From a virus (taxonomy: Duplodnaviria; Heunggongvirae; Uroviricota; Caudoviricetes): a stretch of 64,000 bases of DNA. The position numbers were made by a program, and so were the translations under genes. Below the pieces are notes generated by a model, which saw nothing but the letters and a program-made list of their open reading frames with translations, was not told where the DNA came from and did not search any database. How positions within the stretch are numbered: the first letter of the stretch is position 1; every line of letters begins with the position of its first letter. The DNA is taken from positions 1-64,000 of IMG/VR virus record IMGVR_UViG_2711768037_000005. One strand, written 5' to 3'. Shown piece by piece: positions 10,380 through 19,378 of the stretch.

Positions 10380-10555
10380 TGCTCGGCTGGATGATTGCAT
10401 TTTTAGCAGTTGGTTTTTTCATAGGTATTGTGGTGATGTCCAGTTGCATCAATGACTACATTAAAAGCGGTGTTATAGAAAGACGCGGTCGTATTTATCG
10501 CATTGTAGAAATAACCAACACCCTGAAGGAGATTAAGGATGATCGTATTAAGTAA
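10376..10555 (+). CDS. small membrane protein (59 aa), hypothetical
   Basis: ATGA overlap with ligase stop; hydrophobic MMLGWMIAFLAVGFFIGIVVM; below the ORF-track length cutoff, translated by hand. Confidence 0.25.
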   Translation: MMLGWMIAFLAVGFFIGIVVMSSCINDYIKSGVIERRGRIYRIVEITNTLKEIKDDRIK

Positions 10556-10899
10556 ACGGGAGAAGGAAACGCTTCATGAAATCAGTAAGTGGCCGGAGTT
10601 CCCTGAGTACTGGAAGCCTAAAACGCGAGCTTAGTTAGAGCGTTTAGGGTTGGTTGCAAACGTTTCTGAAACGTGGTGTTCGGCCAACTACCAGTTAACT
10701 GATAAAGGGAAAGTATTGCTACAGCAATTAGTAGAATCAGGAGCGTTAAAATGATTCCATATATCTCATTAGCTTTTATGGGGCGCTTCCTTATCGGCTT
10801 CGGCATCTGTCGTGACTTAATTAAGCAGGAACTTAAAACCAAAACACTGTGCATCGGAAAGCGTGTGTATCGGGTAGTTCATGAAACAAAGGTTAGAAA

Positions 10900-11190
10900 A
10901 TGAGCAATTTAACTTCTTGGGACCGGTGGTTGGCCACCTATTTCTTAGCGGCCGGAGTCGCATTCGCCTTTTACGTAGGTCAGTTAGTCGTAAAACTGTT
11001 GCTGATTAAATTTGCTAGTCATAAACGTATCGATGATGGTCTGTGGCGTCTTGGCACCCTGGTGGAAACTCGCTACGGGCAACTTAAGGAGAACGAAACC
11101 ATTACTATCCAAGCGAAACGATTCACTGCCACCATCACAAGAACACCTAGTCGTAGAGTGGCCTTGATCAAAAAAGTTACAACCGAATAA
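10900..11190 (+). CDS. hypothetical membrane protein
   Basis: ORF track; TM-like WLATYFLAAGVAFAFYVGQLVV. Confidence 0.3.
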   Translation: MSNLTSWDRWLATYFLAAGVAFAFYVGQLVVKLLLIKFASHKRIDDGLWRLGTLVETRYGQLKENETITIQAKRFTATITRTPSRRVALIKKVTTE

Positions 11191-11957
11191 AAACATATCG
11201 ATAAGTGTTTACTTACTTATCCTTTGTGTATAAGATGACTTTGTTTTCGTTGAGACGCGACTGTTTGAACTTAAATACAAGTGCAAACGAAGAAGTCTAT
11301 CTGGCAGTAGCCTAATAAGCCAAACACCAGCGAGGTCAGTTTCCAGCCTCGTTACCGAAATGGGACACACTGAGCGAGTGTGATTGCAGAACGCAGGAGG
11401 GAACATGAGTGTTCCCTCCGATGAAGTAACAAAATGGGCGGTCGGTATATTTTCAACTCCATATGACTCCCGGATTCTTAGCCACTGACCGCCCATTCTG
11501 TTACGTCATTTTGTTCAATTATGTCGTTTATACTGGGTTAAAAAGCGGCGACGTAGCCCGGCTGGTATGGTTAGCCAGCACACAACGTTGAGGCCATTAC
11601 ATTTTTATCAATTCTAAGGTTCTATTCACAGAGATACCGGCGAGCGTTGATATGTAACATGTTGGGCAAACATTTAATCGGAGTAGTGGCCTCAACATTG
11701 TGAAGACGGGATTGTTGTGTAGGTTTAACCACTGTTGCCTGTTTTCACAACAAATGATTCCATACATCACATTGTATAAATTACAAAGTAGGTGCTGTCC
11801 TCAGAAACATCATCTACTTAAAGATTTAGCCTTCTATTGAGCGAAGTCGAAAGCGTCTGGCACTAACGAAAAGTGCAAGTAGCGGTGCGTTTCCTGGCAG
11901 AAACTAACACCGCCGCGATTAGCACTGTTGAGTAATAAATACTGTCAGTGCTGAATT

Positions 11958-12029
11958 GATGGTGTAGCTCAGCGGTAGAGCAGTTGGCTGTTAACCAACT
12001 GGTCGGTGGTTCGAATCCACCCACCATCG
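11958..12029 (+). tRNA. tRNA-Asn (anticodon GTT)
   Basis: Acceptor GATGGTG/CACCATC, D-arm TAGCTCAGCGGTAGAGCA, anticodon loop CTGTTAA, T-loop GGTGGTTCGAATCCACC, CCA encoded. Confidence 0.8.
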
Positions 12030-12037
12030 CCAATTTA

Positions 12038-12121
12038 GGGGAGTTAGTCCGTAGAGGTAGCGGTGTAGACTGTAAATCTACTGTCATGGCGACTCGGGTG
12101 GTTCGACTCCATCACTCCCCA
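12038..12121 (+). tRNA. tRNA-Tyr (anticodon GTA), long variable arm
   Basis: Acceptor GGGGAGT/ACTCCCC, anticodon stem-loop GTAGA-CTGTAAA-TCTAC, long variable arm, T-loop TTCGACT, CCA encoded. Confidence 0.75.
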
Positions 12122-12128
12122 CCAAATT

Positions 12129-12201
12129 GCCGGTTTAGCTCAGTTGGTAGAGCGGCTGCCTTGTAAGCAGGATGTCAGCGGTTCGAGTCCGTTAACCGGC
12201 A
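12129..12201 (+). tRNA. tRNA-Thr (anticodon TGT)
   Basis: Acceptor GCCGGTT/AACCGGC, D-arm TAGCTCAGTTGGTAGAGC, anticodon loop CTTGTAA, T-loop GGTTCGAGTCC, CCA encoded. Confidence 0.75.
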
Positions 12202-12695
12202 CCAACATAATATTGAGAACATTGGCGTAACGGGTTCATATCCCAATTTATGAATAAATGTTGCGTTGCCGCGTGACAACCAGTGTTCTCAACATTGTGG
12301 TGAATGCACAGGCTGATGTGCCGCAACTACAGTAGTGCGCGCTTTGCGGGGCTTGCTACAACCCTGTGTCGGAGATCAGCGCCGACCATCACAATTTGGC
12401 TCTCTTGCAACAGCATAACGCTGAAATATGTCCAATCTGGTGCGGCCTGTTCACCCGCCGTTAGCTCCACGAAACGGAGCGCACAACAGGAAAGAGCATT
12501 GAGAACCGCCGACTGCCCTGTTTGAAGCGTAAGTCCGTGCAAACGTCATACAGTGCTCTTTTCGTTGTGGTTGATGCGCAGACTGATGCGCGGAAAGAAA
12601 TGCCCCAGCGACACACGAGGCGAGTTCACACACTGCATTGCAGTCAGTAGCCGGGGTCGCTAAGCCGGAGATCAGTACCGGTAACCACAACAATT

Positions 12696-12779
12696 GGAGA
12701 GTAGGGAGCATGGTGCTCAAGCGGTCTTGAAAGCCGTCCCATTGCGCAAGCGATGATGGTTCGATTCCATTACTCTCCG
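12696..12779 (+). tRNA. tRNA-Ser (anticodon TGA), type II, putative
   Basis: Acceptor GGAGAGT/ACTCTCC, anticodon loop CTTGAAA, long variable arm, T-loop GGTTCGATTCC, CCA encoded; D-arm is atypical so the call is tentative. Confidence 0.55.
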
Positions 12780-13008
12780 CCAGACACAGCGTTGAGCGGT
12801 TTGGCCTTTTAATCAACCAGATTAAGACTCCGCTAACATAAACCAAACCGCTCAACGCTGTGTGTGAAATTCCACATATTTTATACATATCCATTTACGC
12901 AATTTTTTATTGTTCTTTCATACATTACTCTTATATTTTATTGTCGTTTTTTAACTGCTAAAATCGTATCGATTTTAGCTAAAGTTTATCGTTAAAGGAG
13001 TAACGATT

Positions 13009-14922
13009 ATGTCATTCATTGACTATGATATTTTGTCAGCATCATCAAGCAAAGAGCTTAGAGAAAAACTTGCGGAGAAAATCGCAGAGGGTTGGCAACC
13101 TTTCGAGTCACCAAACATTGTTGAACCAAGTAAGGGCGGACCAAATGCGTACAATCAAGCAATTGTGCGATCTGGTGATTTATCACAATTGCCCACACCG
13201 GTATCAAATGAAGATGAAGAGCCTGACTATTATTATGTAGTTACTATCGCAGGTCAATCTAACTCAATGTCATACGGCGAAGGACTGCCTATGCCAAAAA
13301 CTTTTGATCGGCCACATCCTCGCGTAAAACAGTTAGCTCGACGCAGCAATATTAAACCTGGTGGTTTTGCCTGTAAGTACAATGAAATAATTCCCGCTGA
13401 TCACTGTCTTCATGATGTACAAGACATGACTAAATTAAAGCATCCAAAAGCAAACGACTCTGAATATGGATGTGTTGGTCAGGGATTACACATTGGCAAA
13501 AAACTATTACCATTCATTCCAGCAAACGCAGGTATTTTGCTTGTTCCTTGCGGAAGAGGTGGTTCTGGTTTCACTGTTACAGGCTCTGAAGGCCAATATT
13601 ATGAAGAGTCAGGTGCAATCGAATCATCTTTAAAATGGGGATTAAATACTCCTTTGTATAAGGATATTGTAGCCAGAACAAAAGCGGCCTTAAGTAAAAA
13701 CAAAAAGAATGTATTTCTTGGTGTTGTCTGGATGCAAGGCGAAGCTGATTTGGCAACTGGCAAGCACTCGCAGCATAACGAACTGTTCCTCAAGATGGTC
13801 GAAGGTTTCAGAAAAGAGCTATCTCAATACGACGCACAATGTGTTTTCGGAAGTGCTGCAAATGTACCCTGGATTTGTGGCGATACGACCTACTGGTGGA
13901 AAAACAAATATCCAGAACAGTACGAAATTGTTTATGGTGGTTATAAGGGAAAAACCGCACAAGCAATTTATTTCGTTCCATTCATGAAAGATGAGAATGA
14001 TAATAACGTATTAACCAATAGCCCTACAGATGATCCAGACATCACATCTATTGGCTATTATGGTTCCGGTCATCGCAAGGATAATAAAACATGGACTTCC
14101 GAGAGTAGAGAGAGTCATTTTGGTTCATGGCAGCGACGCGGAATAATATCTGATCGTCTCGCAACTGCGCTCCTTGAACATTCAGCGAAATCATCTGCTT
14201 TTGTGAATGGCGTTACAGGTGAGATTATTAAACAAGAACAACCTACTCAACCTAAAAATGACAACATTGTCACAACTCCAACCCCGCGAACGGTTATTTC
14301 CTTAACTGGAGCAGGTGGTGATGTCGCTACTGAACAAGGATGGACTGTAACTGGTGCAAATATTCAGTCAGTTGAAAACGGAAAAGCAATTGCTTTAACT
14401 AAAGCGGTTTCTAACAAAACCTGGACGATCAGTAAAACTACTGACATAGCACAGGCTCTTCTTGAGAATGGAGGTAAATTACTTTGTAAGTTTAAATTAT
14501 CTGGAAACCCCGATCCCAAAAAAGCCAAGTTTGGCTTTGGTATATATTACAAAACCAGTAAACCTGTTGCTGACGATATATCATTCGACGGTACTGGGAG
14601 CCTGTTTCTGGCTAACTTCTTCCTTCAAACAATTGGAGGCAAGTTGAACATTATGATGCACAAGACAGGCAATAATCAAAATGTTCAGATAGACTCATAT
14701 GGTGACTACGACAACAATTGGCACACTCTTGAGTTGCAATATGAGAAAGGCACAGGAACTGTAATTCCCGTTCTCGATGGCAAGGCGGGAGGTAAATTCA
14801 AGCTGGTTAAAGACAATATTGCTCTTGGTGATGAGGCTTTTGTTTTAACAGATATAACAAACAACCAAACTCATGATCTTGCTATCGAAACACTTACCAT
14901 TAGCATCAACAACCCAACCTAA
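13009..14922 (+). CDS. SGNH/SASA-type carbohydrate esterase domain fused to a C-terminal beta-sandwich (lectin-like) domain
   Basis: GQSNSMSYGEG signature of sialate O-acetylesterase-like domains; Thr/Gly-rich beta-strand-like C-terminal half; gene visibly AT-rich; lies between the tRNA island and the recombinase. Confidence 0.5.
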   Translation: MSFIDYDILSASSSKELREKLAEKIAEGWQPFESPNIVEPSKGGPNAYNQAIVRSGDLSQLPTPVSNEDEEPDYYYVVTIAGQSNSMSYGEGLPMPKTFDRPHPRVKQLARRSNIKPGGFACKYNEIIPADHCLHDVQDMTKLKHPKANDSEYGCVGQGLHIGKKLLPFIPANAGILLVPCGRGGSGFTVTGSEGQYYEESGAIESSLKWGLNTPLYKDIVARTKAALSKNKKNVFLGVVWMQGEADLATGKHSQHNELFLKMVEGFRKELSQYDAQCVFGSAANVPWICGDTTYWWKNKYPEQYEIVYGGYKGKTAQAIYFVPFMKDENDNNVLTNSPTDDPDITSIGYYGSGHRKDNKTWTSESRESHFGSWQRRGIISDRLATALLEHSAKSSAFVNGVTGEIIKQEQPTQPKNDNIVTTPTPRTVISLTGAGGDVATEQGWTVTGANIQSVENGKAIALTKAVSNKTWTISKTTDIAQALLENGGKLLCKFKLSGNPDPKKAKFGFGIYYKTSKPVADDISFDGTGSLFLANFFLQTIGGKLNIMMHKTGNNQNVQIDSYGDYDNNWHTLELQYEKGTGTVIPVLDGKAGGKFKLVKDNIALGDEAFVLTDITNNQTHDLAIETLTISINNPT

Positions 14923-14933
14923 CACAAAGTAAC

Positions 14934-14960
14934 AGCCAGGCATGAAATTGCCTGGTTTCA
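14934..14960 (+). terminator. putative intrinsic terminator
   Basis: Hairpin CCAGGCATGAAATTGCCTGG followed by TTT. Confidence 0.35.
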
Positions 14961-15130
14961 ACATCGAATCAAATATTTAAAACTAGCTCTACAGAAAAAA
15001 ATGATTCCATACTCCTTAGGTATGGAATCATTTCCCGCATGAAAGATTTTAGCTTGATTCCAAAAGAATCAATGCCTAATATACTGGTTACTTATACAGG
15101 TAATCAGCGTAACTAGGTGAATACCAATAA

Positions 15131-16234
15131 ATGAAAAATAGCTTTGACAGAGCACGCGCAGCAGAAAACACCTCAAAAGAGGCAATTGAGTATCTCGAAA
15201 GAGCATCTCAAATGCAGGCCATTATGATCTCACAGATCAACAATAACATGATATTCTCGGACGCATTCATGTTATTCACTCGCTTATCTCTGCTGATAAC
15301 AAGACGTCGCCCAGAGATCGCTGTTCACTGTATTTTGATACATGTTTTACCGCACATTGCCGATATAAAAGTAAGTGACATTAATCGGTTCATGGTGAAC
15401 CAACTGGTAAACCCGTTAATACTGGATGGCAAAATTGTCATGGGCCGCCGCGTTTTCTCTCTGATGAAGCAGTTCCTTAGCTGGTGCGCCTTCCAGGGGA
15501 TGATAGACGTGTCACCGTTAAACGATATGTCACTAAACAAAGTTGCCGGTGGCGCAAAGCCCACACCTCGCGAGCGTAAGCTGACCGACGCAGAGGTATG
15601 GGTGTTCTGGAATATATGGGACTACTTCAATGTGTGCGCTGGTACAAAATGGGCGGCTAGGCTGTGTCTTGTATCAGCAAGACGACCTGACGAAGTACTG
15701 CGGGCTAAAAAAAGTGAGTTCAATCTTAAGCGTGGGGTTTGGAATCAAGGCAAGAGAAACAAGTCAGCACGTGAGCATTCGCTGCCTTTAAGCACATTAA
15801 TGCGCACATGCATTGAAGAGTTGTTCGAATACGGTAAAGACAGCCAGTGGCTCGTGCCTTCAAATAAAAAAATCGGGAAAGACCTTCCTATGTCTAAAGT
15901 GGCAATAGCACAGGCATTACGTCGTATTCTTGAACGGCCAGAACTGATGGAGCTTGAGCCATTTACACCCCGAGATTTGCGCCGTACTGCGCGTAGTTAC
16001 TTCCCAGCATTAGGCATAAGCCAGGAGGTATCACGCAAAATCATGAACCACAGTCTTGAGGGGATAGATCGGGTCTACGACCGGCACGATTATATGGACG
16101 AGATGCGAGACGCCTTAGAAAGTTTCTCGACGTACATCGCATCAATCGTAGAGCAACCGGATTTAGACGAAATTGACCACAAATTCAAGGGAGATCGTCT
16201 ATCAACAGAGCTTATTCGTGTAAATTTTTCATAG
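15131..16234 (+). CDS. tyrosine site-specific recombinase (integrase or dimer-resolution recombinase)
   Basis: C-terminal catalytic pattern: ARRPDEV (Arg), HSLEG (His), LRRTARS (Arg), YDRHDY (Tyr). Confidence 0.75.
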   Translation: MKNSFDRARAAENTSKEAIEYLERASQMQAIMISQINNNMIFSDAFMLFTRLSLLITRRRPEIAVHCILIHVLPHIADIKVSDINRFMVNQLVNPLILDGKIVMGRRVFSLMKQFLSWCAFQGMIDVSPLNDMSLNKVAGGAKPTPRERKLTDAEVWVFWNIWDYFNVCAGTKWAARLCLVSARRPDEVLRAKKSEFNLKRGVWNQGKRNKSAREHSLPLSTLMRTCIEELFEYGKDSQWLVPSNKKIGKDLPMSKVAIAQALRRILERPELMELEPFTPRDLRRTARSYFPALGISQEVSRKIMNHSLEGIDRVYDRHDYMDEMRDALESFSTYIASIVEQPDLDEIDHKFKGDRLSTELIRVNFS

Positions 16235-16615
16235 AGACTTTATGGCCTCAACAACCTTTTGTGATGCGCCTTTCTCTTTACCGAATCGCTCGTTATATGC
16301 AGCAAGAACCTGTTTTTCGTCCTCGTTAAGAGGAGCGGTGCCTTCTTTGTATAAAAATGCTGCGAGTTCAGGTTGGCGTTCTTCCAGCACCATCATCATA
16401 AGACGACTTGGCTCAATACCCAGCGCCAACGCCAGCGGACGAACCTTATCGATAGGCAAAGGAATTTTGCCACTTTTAATTAAAGAAAGGTTGTTGGCAT
16501 TTTTATAACCAATAAGTCTGGCTATTTGGGCCTGACTCATAGGCGAGGATTCAATCAGCCCTGCGATAAAAGCAGCATAGCGACTTTCTATAAATTCAAT
16601 GTTGTTGTCAGACAT
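16229..16615 (-). CDS. XRE-family helix-turn-helix transcriptional regulator
   Basis: HTH segment SQAQIARLIGYKNANNLSLIKSGK; only sizeable minus-strand gene besides rep; palindrome GGTAAGTGCTTACC about 30 bp upstream of its start. Confidence 0.65.
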   Translation of the reverse strand: MSDNNIEFIESRYAAFIAGLIESSPMSQAQIARLIGYKNANNLSLIKSGKIPLPIDKVRPLALALGIEPSRLMMMVLEERQPELAAFLYKEGTAPLNEDEKQVLAAYNERFGKEKGASQKVVEAIKSL

Positions 16616-16644
16616 TATTGCGACCTTTGCGCGTTAAACTCTCT

Positions 16645-16658
16645 GGTAAGTGCTTACC
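16645..16658. promoter_or_regulatory. candidate operator palindrome GGTAAGTGCTTACC in the divergent control region
   Basis: Perfect 6-2-6 inverted repeat; same core GTAAGTGCTTA recurs at 40641-40651 and, reverse-complemented, at 28410-28420. Confidence 0.4.
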
Positions 16659-16862
16659 GATATTACATCAAAGGTTAGGGTTGTAAAGATATAATCATTT
16701 TTTCTATAGGCACAAATATTAACCAATCAGCATTCATTAATGGAGAAAAACGACTAATAACATGTAACAAAACCAACTCAGATATGATATAGATAAGTTC
16801 AATTATGATATAAGATTTAATAGTACTCCCTACCATACTTTAAGTTAGAATGGATTGATTGA

Positions 16863-17075
16863 ATGAAAACAACTATTTCCAGCCTAATCACTCTTGAGAT
16901 CGGACACGTTGAAAAATTAGCTGATGAATGTGTAGCTGACATTCTCACCGAATTACCAAATGAGCAGATTCAGGTTGGTATGCATGACGCAACAGCCTTT
17001 ATATTCCTACTTAATAACAAACGCTTCACGCTTATCAATACCGGCTCTGGCTCTTTAGCCGTCAGAATCTGTTAA
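16863..17075 (+). CDS. hypothetical small protein
   Basis: ORF track; AT-rich surroundings. Confidence 0.25.
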   Translation: MKTTISSLITLEIGHVEKLADECVADILTELPNEQIQVGMHDATAFIFLLNNKRFTLINTGSGSLAVRIC

Positions 17076-17174
17076 CCCCCTCTGCTCCCTGCGCGAATGG
17101 CTTAGTCCCCTGTTCGCGCAGCGCTACATTAAACACACTAGTAAATAATTTGTTTTCACAACAAAGGATTAACC

Positions 17175-19283
17175 ATGTCTAAAAAACGATCTATCAAAGA
17201 GATTCAAGACTTCCGTGACAGTGTAAAACGAGTAGTCGCTCTTCTTTCTGGTAAAAACATCCCTGTTGCAGAACGAGGGGACGACGCTTATGTACGCTAT
17301 AACGATGATGGAGAGCCAATTCTCGTAAACATCCCATCAATCCCGGATAACGCAACACCGGCATTGATGAATGCTGTGCGCGGATTTCTCGATCATGAGG
17401 TTGCTCACATTTTGTTTACCGATATTCGTGTGTCCAACAAAATGAGAGAAAAAGGACGCGTTCCTTCCTGGTCGCTATGGAATGCCTTAGAAGACGTGTT
17501 CATCGAGCGAAAAATGGGGCAGGTCTTTAACGGAACAAGACGTAATCTGATGGCAACTCAGCGCCTTATAATCGAAAAAGTCTTTAAACCAAAGGCTTCA
17601 GAGGCTATTGCTTATTGTGGCAAAGATCAGCGCGCGCTTTTTCTAAACTTCTTTCTCTGTCCGGTTGTAAGAGCCTGGGATGGCCAAGCACCGTTCGTTG
17701 ATTTCATGGATGAATACTGGCCTGTCATTGAGAAACCAATTTCATTATTAAAAGAACATGGTATCGATGTGGCCGTGCGTAACATGTCTTGCACCGAGGA
17801 TTGTGTAAAGGTGGCTGCGACCATAGCTAAGATCCTCAAAGACACTGAAAGTGAAAGCAAAGGTAAGGAGTCAGCTCCGGGAAAAACTTCCGATCCTTCA
17901 GACGCTGACCAAACGGATGCCTCTGGAGAAAACAATGAAGACAACGGAGATCATGAGACACCCAAGGCGTTAGATAATCACAAATCTATCAAACCAGAAT
18001 CGAACAGTAACCACAAACATGATAATAACGACAGTGATGATTCAGATAATTCTGAATCATCAGAAACAATATTCGATGATACAGAAAATGATAACGAGGT
18101 ATCAGATTCTGATGCTTCTGATAACGCGGCGTCAGAATCATTAACCGCTGACCACGAAAAAAGAAAAACGACAGAAGACGGCTCTTCAGATATTCCAACT
18201 CCGTCAAAAATGAGTCTGGAAGAGGCTTTAGAGGAGCTGGATAGCATAGAAGATGAAGTCGGAGGCATGACAGAAGATGCTCTATCCGAAACGATTAAAA
18301 GCGAGTTAACAGAAAGCTCGAAAAGCGAATACAGGCCATACAATCGCTCATACGACTTCATCGGCTCGATTGATCAGGCAGAAGCCCATATCAAACGGCT
18401 TATTAAAACATTCTCCGATATTGATTTAGGAGAATATCCAATCAGCCGCTATCGCATCGTTCCTGAAGGCAACCAGCTCTTCGACAAATATATTGAAAAG
18501 CATCTTTCGTCAGGTGTTTCGTCGACGCTGGCAAAAGACCTGGAGCGAGCAATAGCAAGCAGAAACAGAGTTCAGTTTATACCGGGCCAGCGTCGGGGGC
18601 GCATTCATGGTTCTAGTATCTACAGATTAGCAATGAATGATGATCGCGTGTTTCGTAAAAAAGAAGAATCTAAAGCCGTTAACGCCTGTGTTCAACAAGT
18701 GATTGATTTATCAGGTTCAATGAGTGGTATAACGATACAGTTGGCTCTTGCAAGTGCATATACCATCGCCGATGCCCTTGATCGAATAAATGTTCCCAAC
18801 ATTATCACCGGCTTCACTACATTTGGTAGTCATATGGCGGCAGGAGAACTTAAGGCTGTCAAGTATGAGTTCTCTCGCTTTGAATCTTTAATGCTACCTG
18901 TCATCAAAAATTGGAATGAAAAGGTAAATTCTCGCGAAGTTCGCTCACGTATGGGGTGCGTAGGCTACACATTCCCACTTCTTAATAACGTGGATGGTGA
19001 AAGCATAGCCAGCCTTGCATCGTTATTTTCAGGTCGCATGGAGGACAGGAAGATCATGCTTGTTCTGAGTGATGGCGCGCCGTGGGCTGTTGGGAGAGGT
19101 TTTGACGCCCATTTGCGTTCGGTTGCTAAGCAAATTGAAACGCAGACTGACATTGATTTGATGGCAATTGGCATCATGACTGACGCACCGGAGAGATTTT
19201 ACTCAAATCATGCCCTGGTAACGAGCGTTGATAGTCTTGGTTCATCTGTAGTTACTGAACTATCTCGTATCATTTTGAAGTGA
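17175..19283 (+). CDS. vWA-domain protein with acidic low-complexity centre (CobT-like)
   Basis: MIDAS-type DLSGSMSG; long D/E/S-rich linker DNNDSDDSDNSESSE...; paired with the downstream AAA+ ATPase. Confidence 0.6.
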   Translation: MSKKRSIKEIQDFRDSVKRVVALLSGKNIPVAERGDDAYVRYNDDGEPILVNIPSIPDNATPALMNAVRGFLDHEVAHILFTDIRVSNKMREKGRVPSWSLWNALEDVFIERKMGQVFNGTRRNLMATQRLIIEKVFKPKASEAIAYCGKDQRALFLNFFLCPVVRAWDGQAPFVDFMDEYWPVIEKPISLLKEHGIDVAVRNMSCTEDCVKVAATIAKILKDTESESKGKESAPGKTSDPSDADQTDASGENNEDNGDHETPKALDNHKSIKPESNSNHKHDNNDSDDSDNSESSETIFDDTENDNEVSDSDASDNAASESLTADHEKRKTTEDGSSDIPTPSKMSLEEALEELDSIEDEVGGMTEDALSETIKSELTESSKSEYRPYNRSYDFIGSIDQAEAHIKRLIKTFSDIDLGEYPISRYRIVPEGNQLFDKYIEKHLSSGVSSTLAKDLERAIASRNRVQFIPGQRRGRIHGSSIYRLAMNDDRVFRKKEESKAVNACVQQVIDLSGSMSGITIQLALASAYTIADALDRINVPNIITGFTTFGSHMAAGELKAVKYEFSRFESLMLPVIKNWNEKVNSREVRSRMGCVGYTFPLLNNVDGESIASLASLFSGRMEDRKIMLVLSDGAPWAVGRGFDAHLRSVAKQIETQTDIDLMAIGIMTDAPERFYSNHALVTSVDSLGSSVVTELSRIILK

Positions 19284-19378
19284 ATAAAACAGCCTTAACG
19301 ATAAGTAACTACTTACGATAGCTAATGGTATATTTATATAAGAAGTTGAACGCTCATTAGAGAACAAAGGAAAAACGC

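Noticed and set aside
12296-12697. Hammerhead ribozyme in the duplicated tRNA-island element (contains CTGATG)
   Set aside because: No properly placed stem II followed by GAAA and stem III around the CTGATG; resemblance is only the hexamer.
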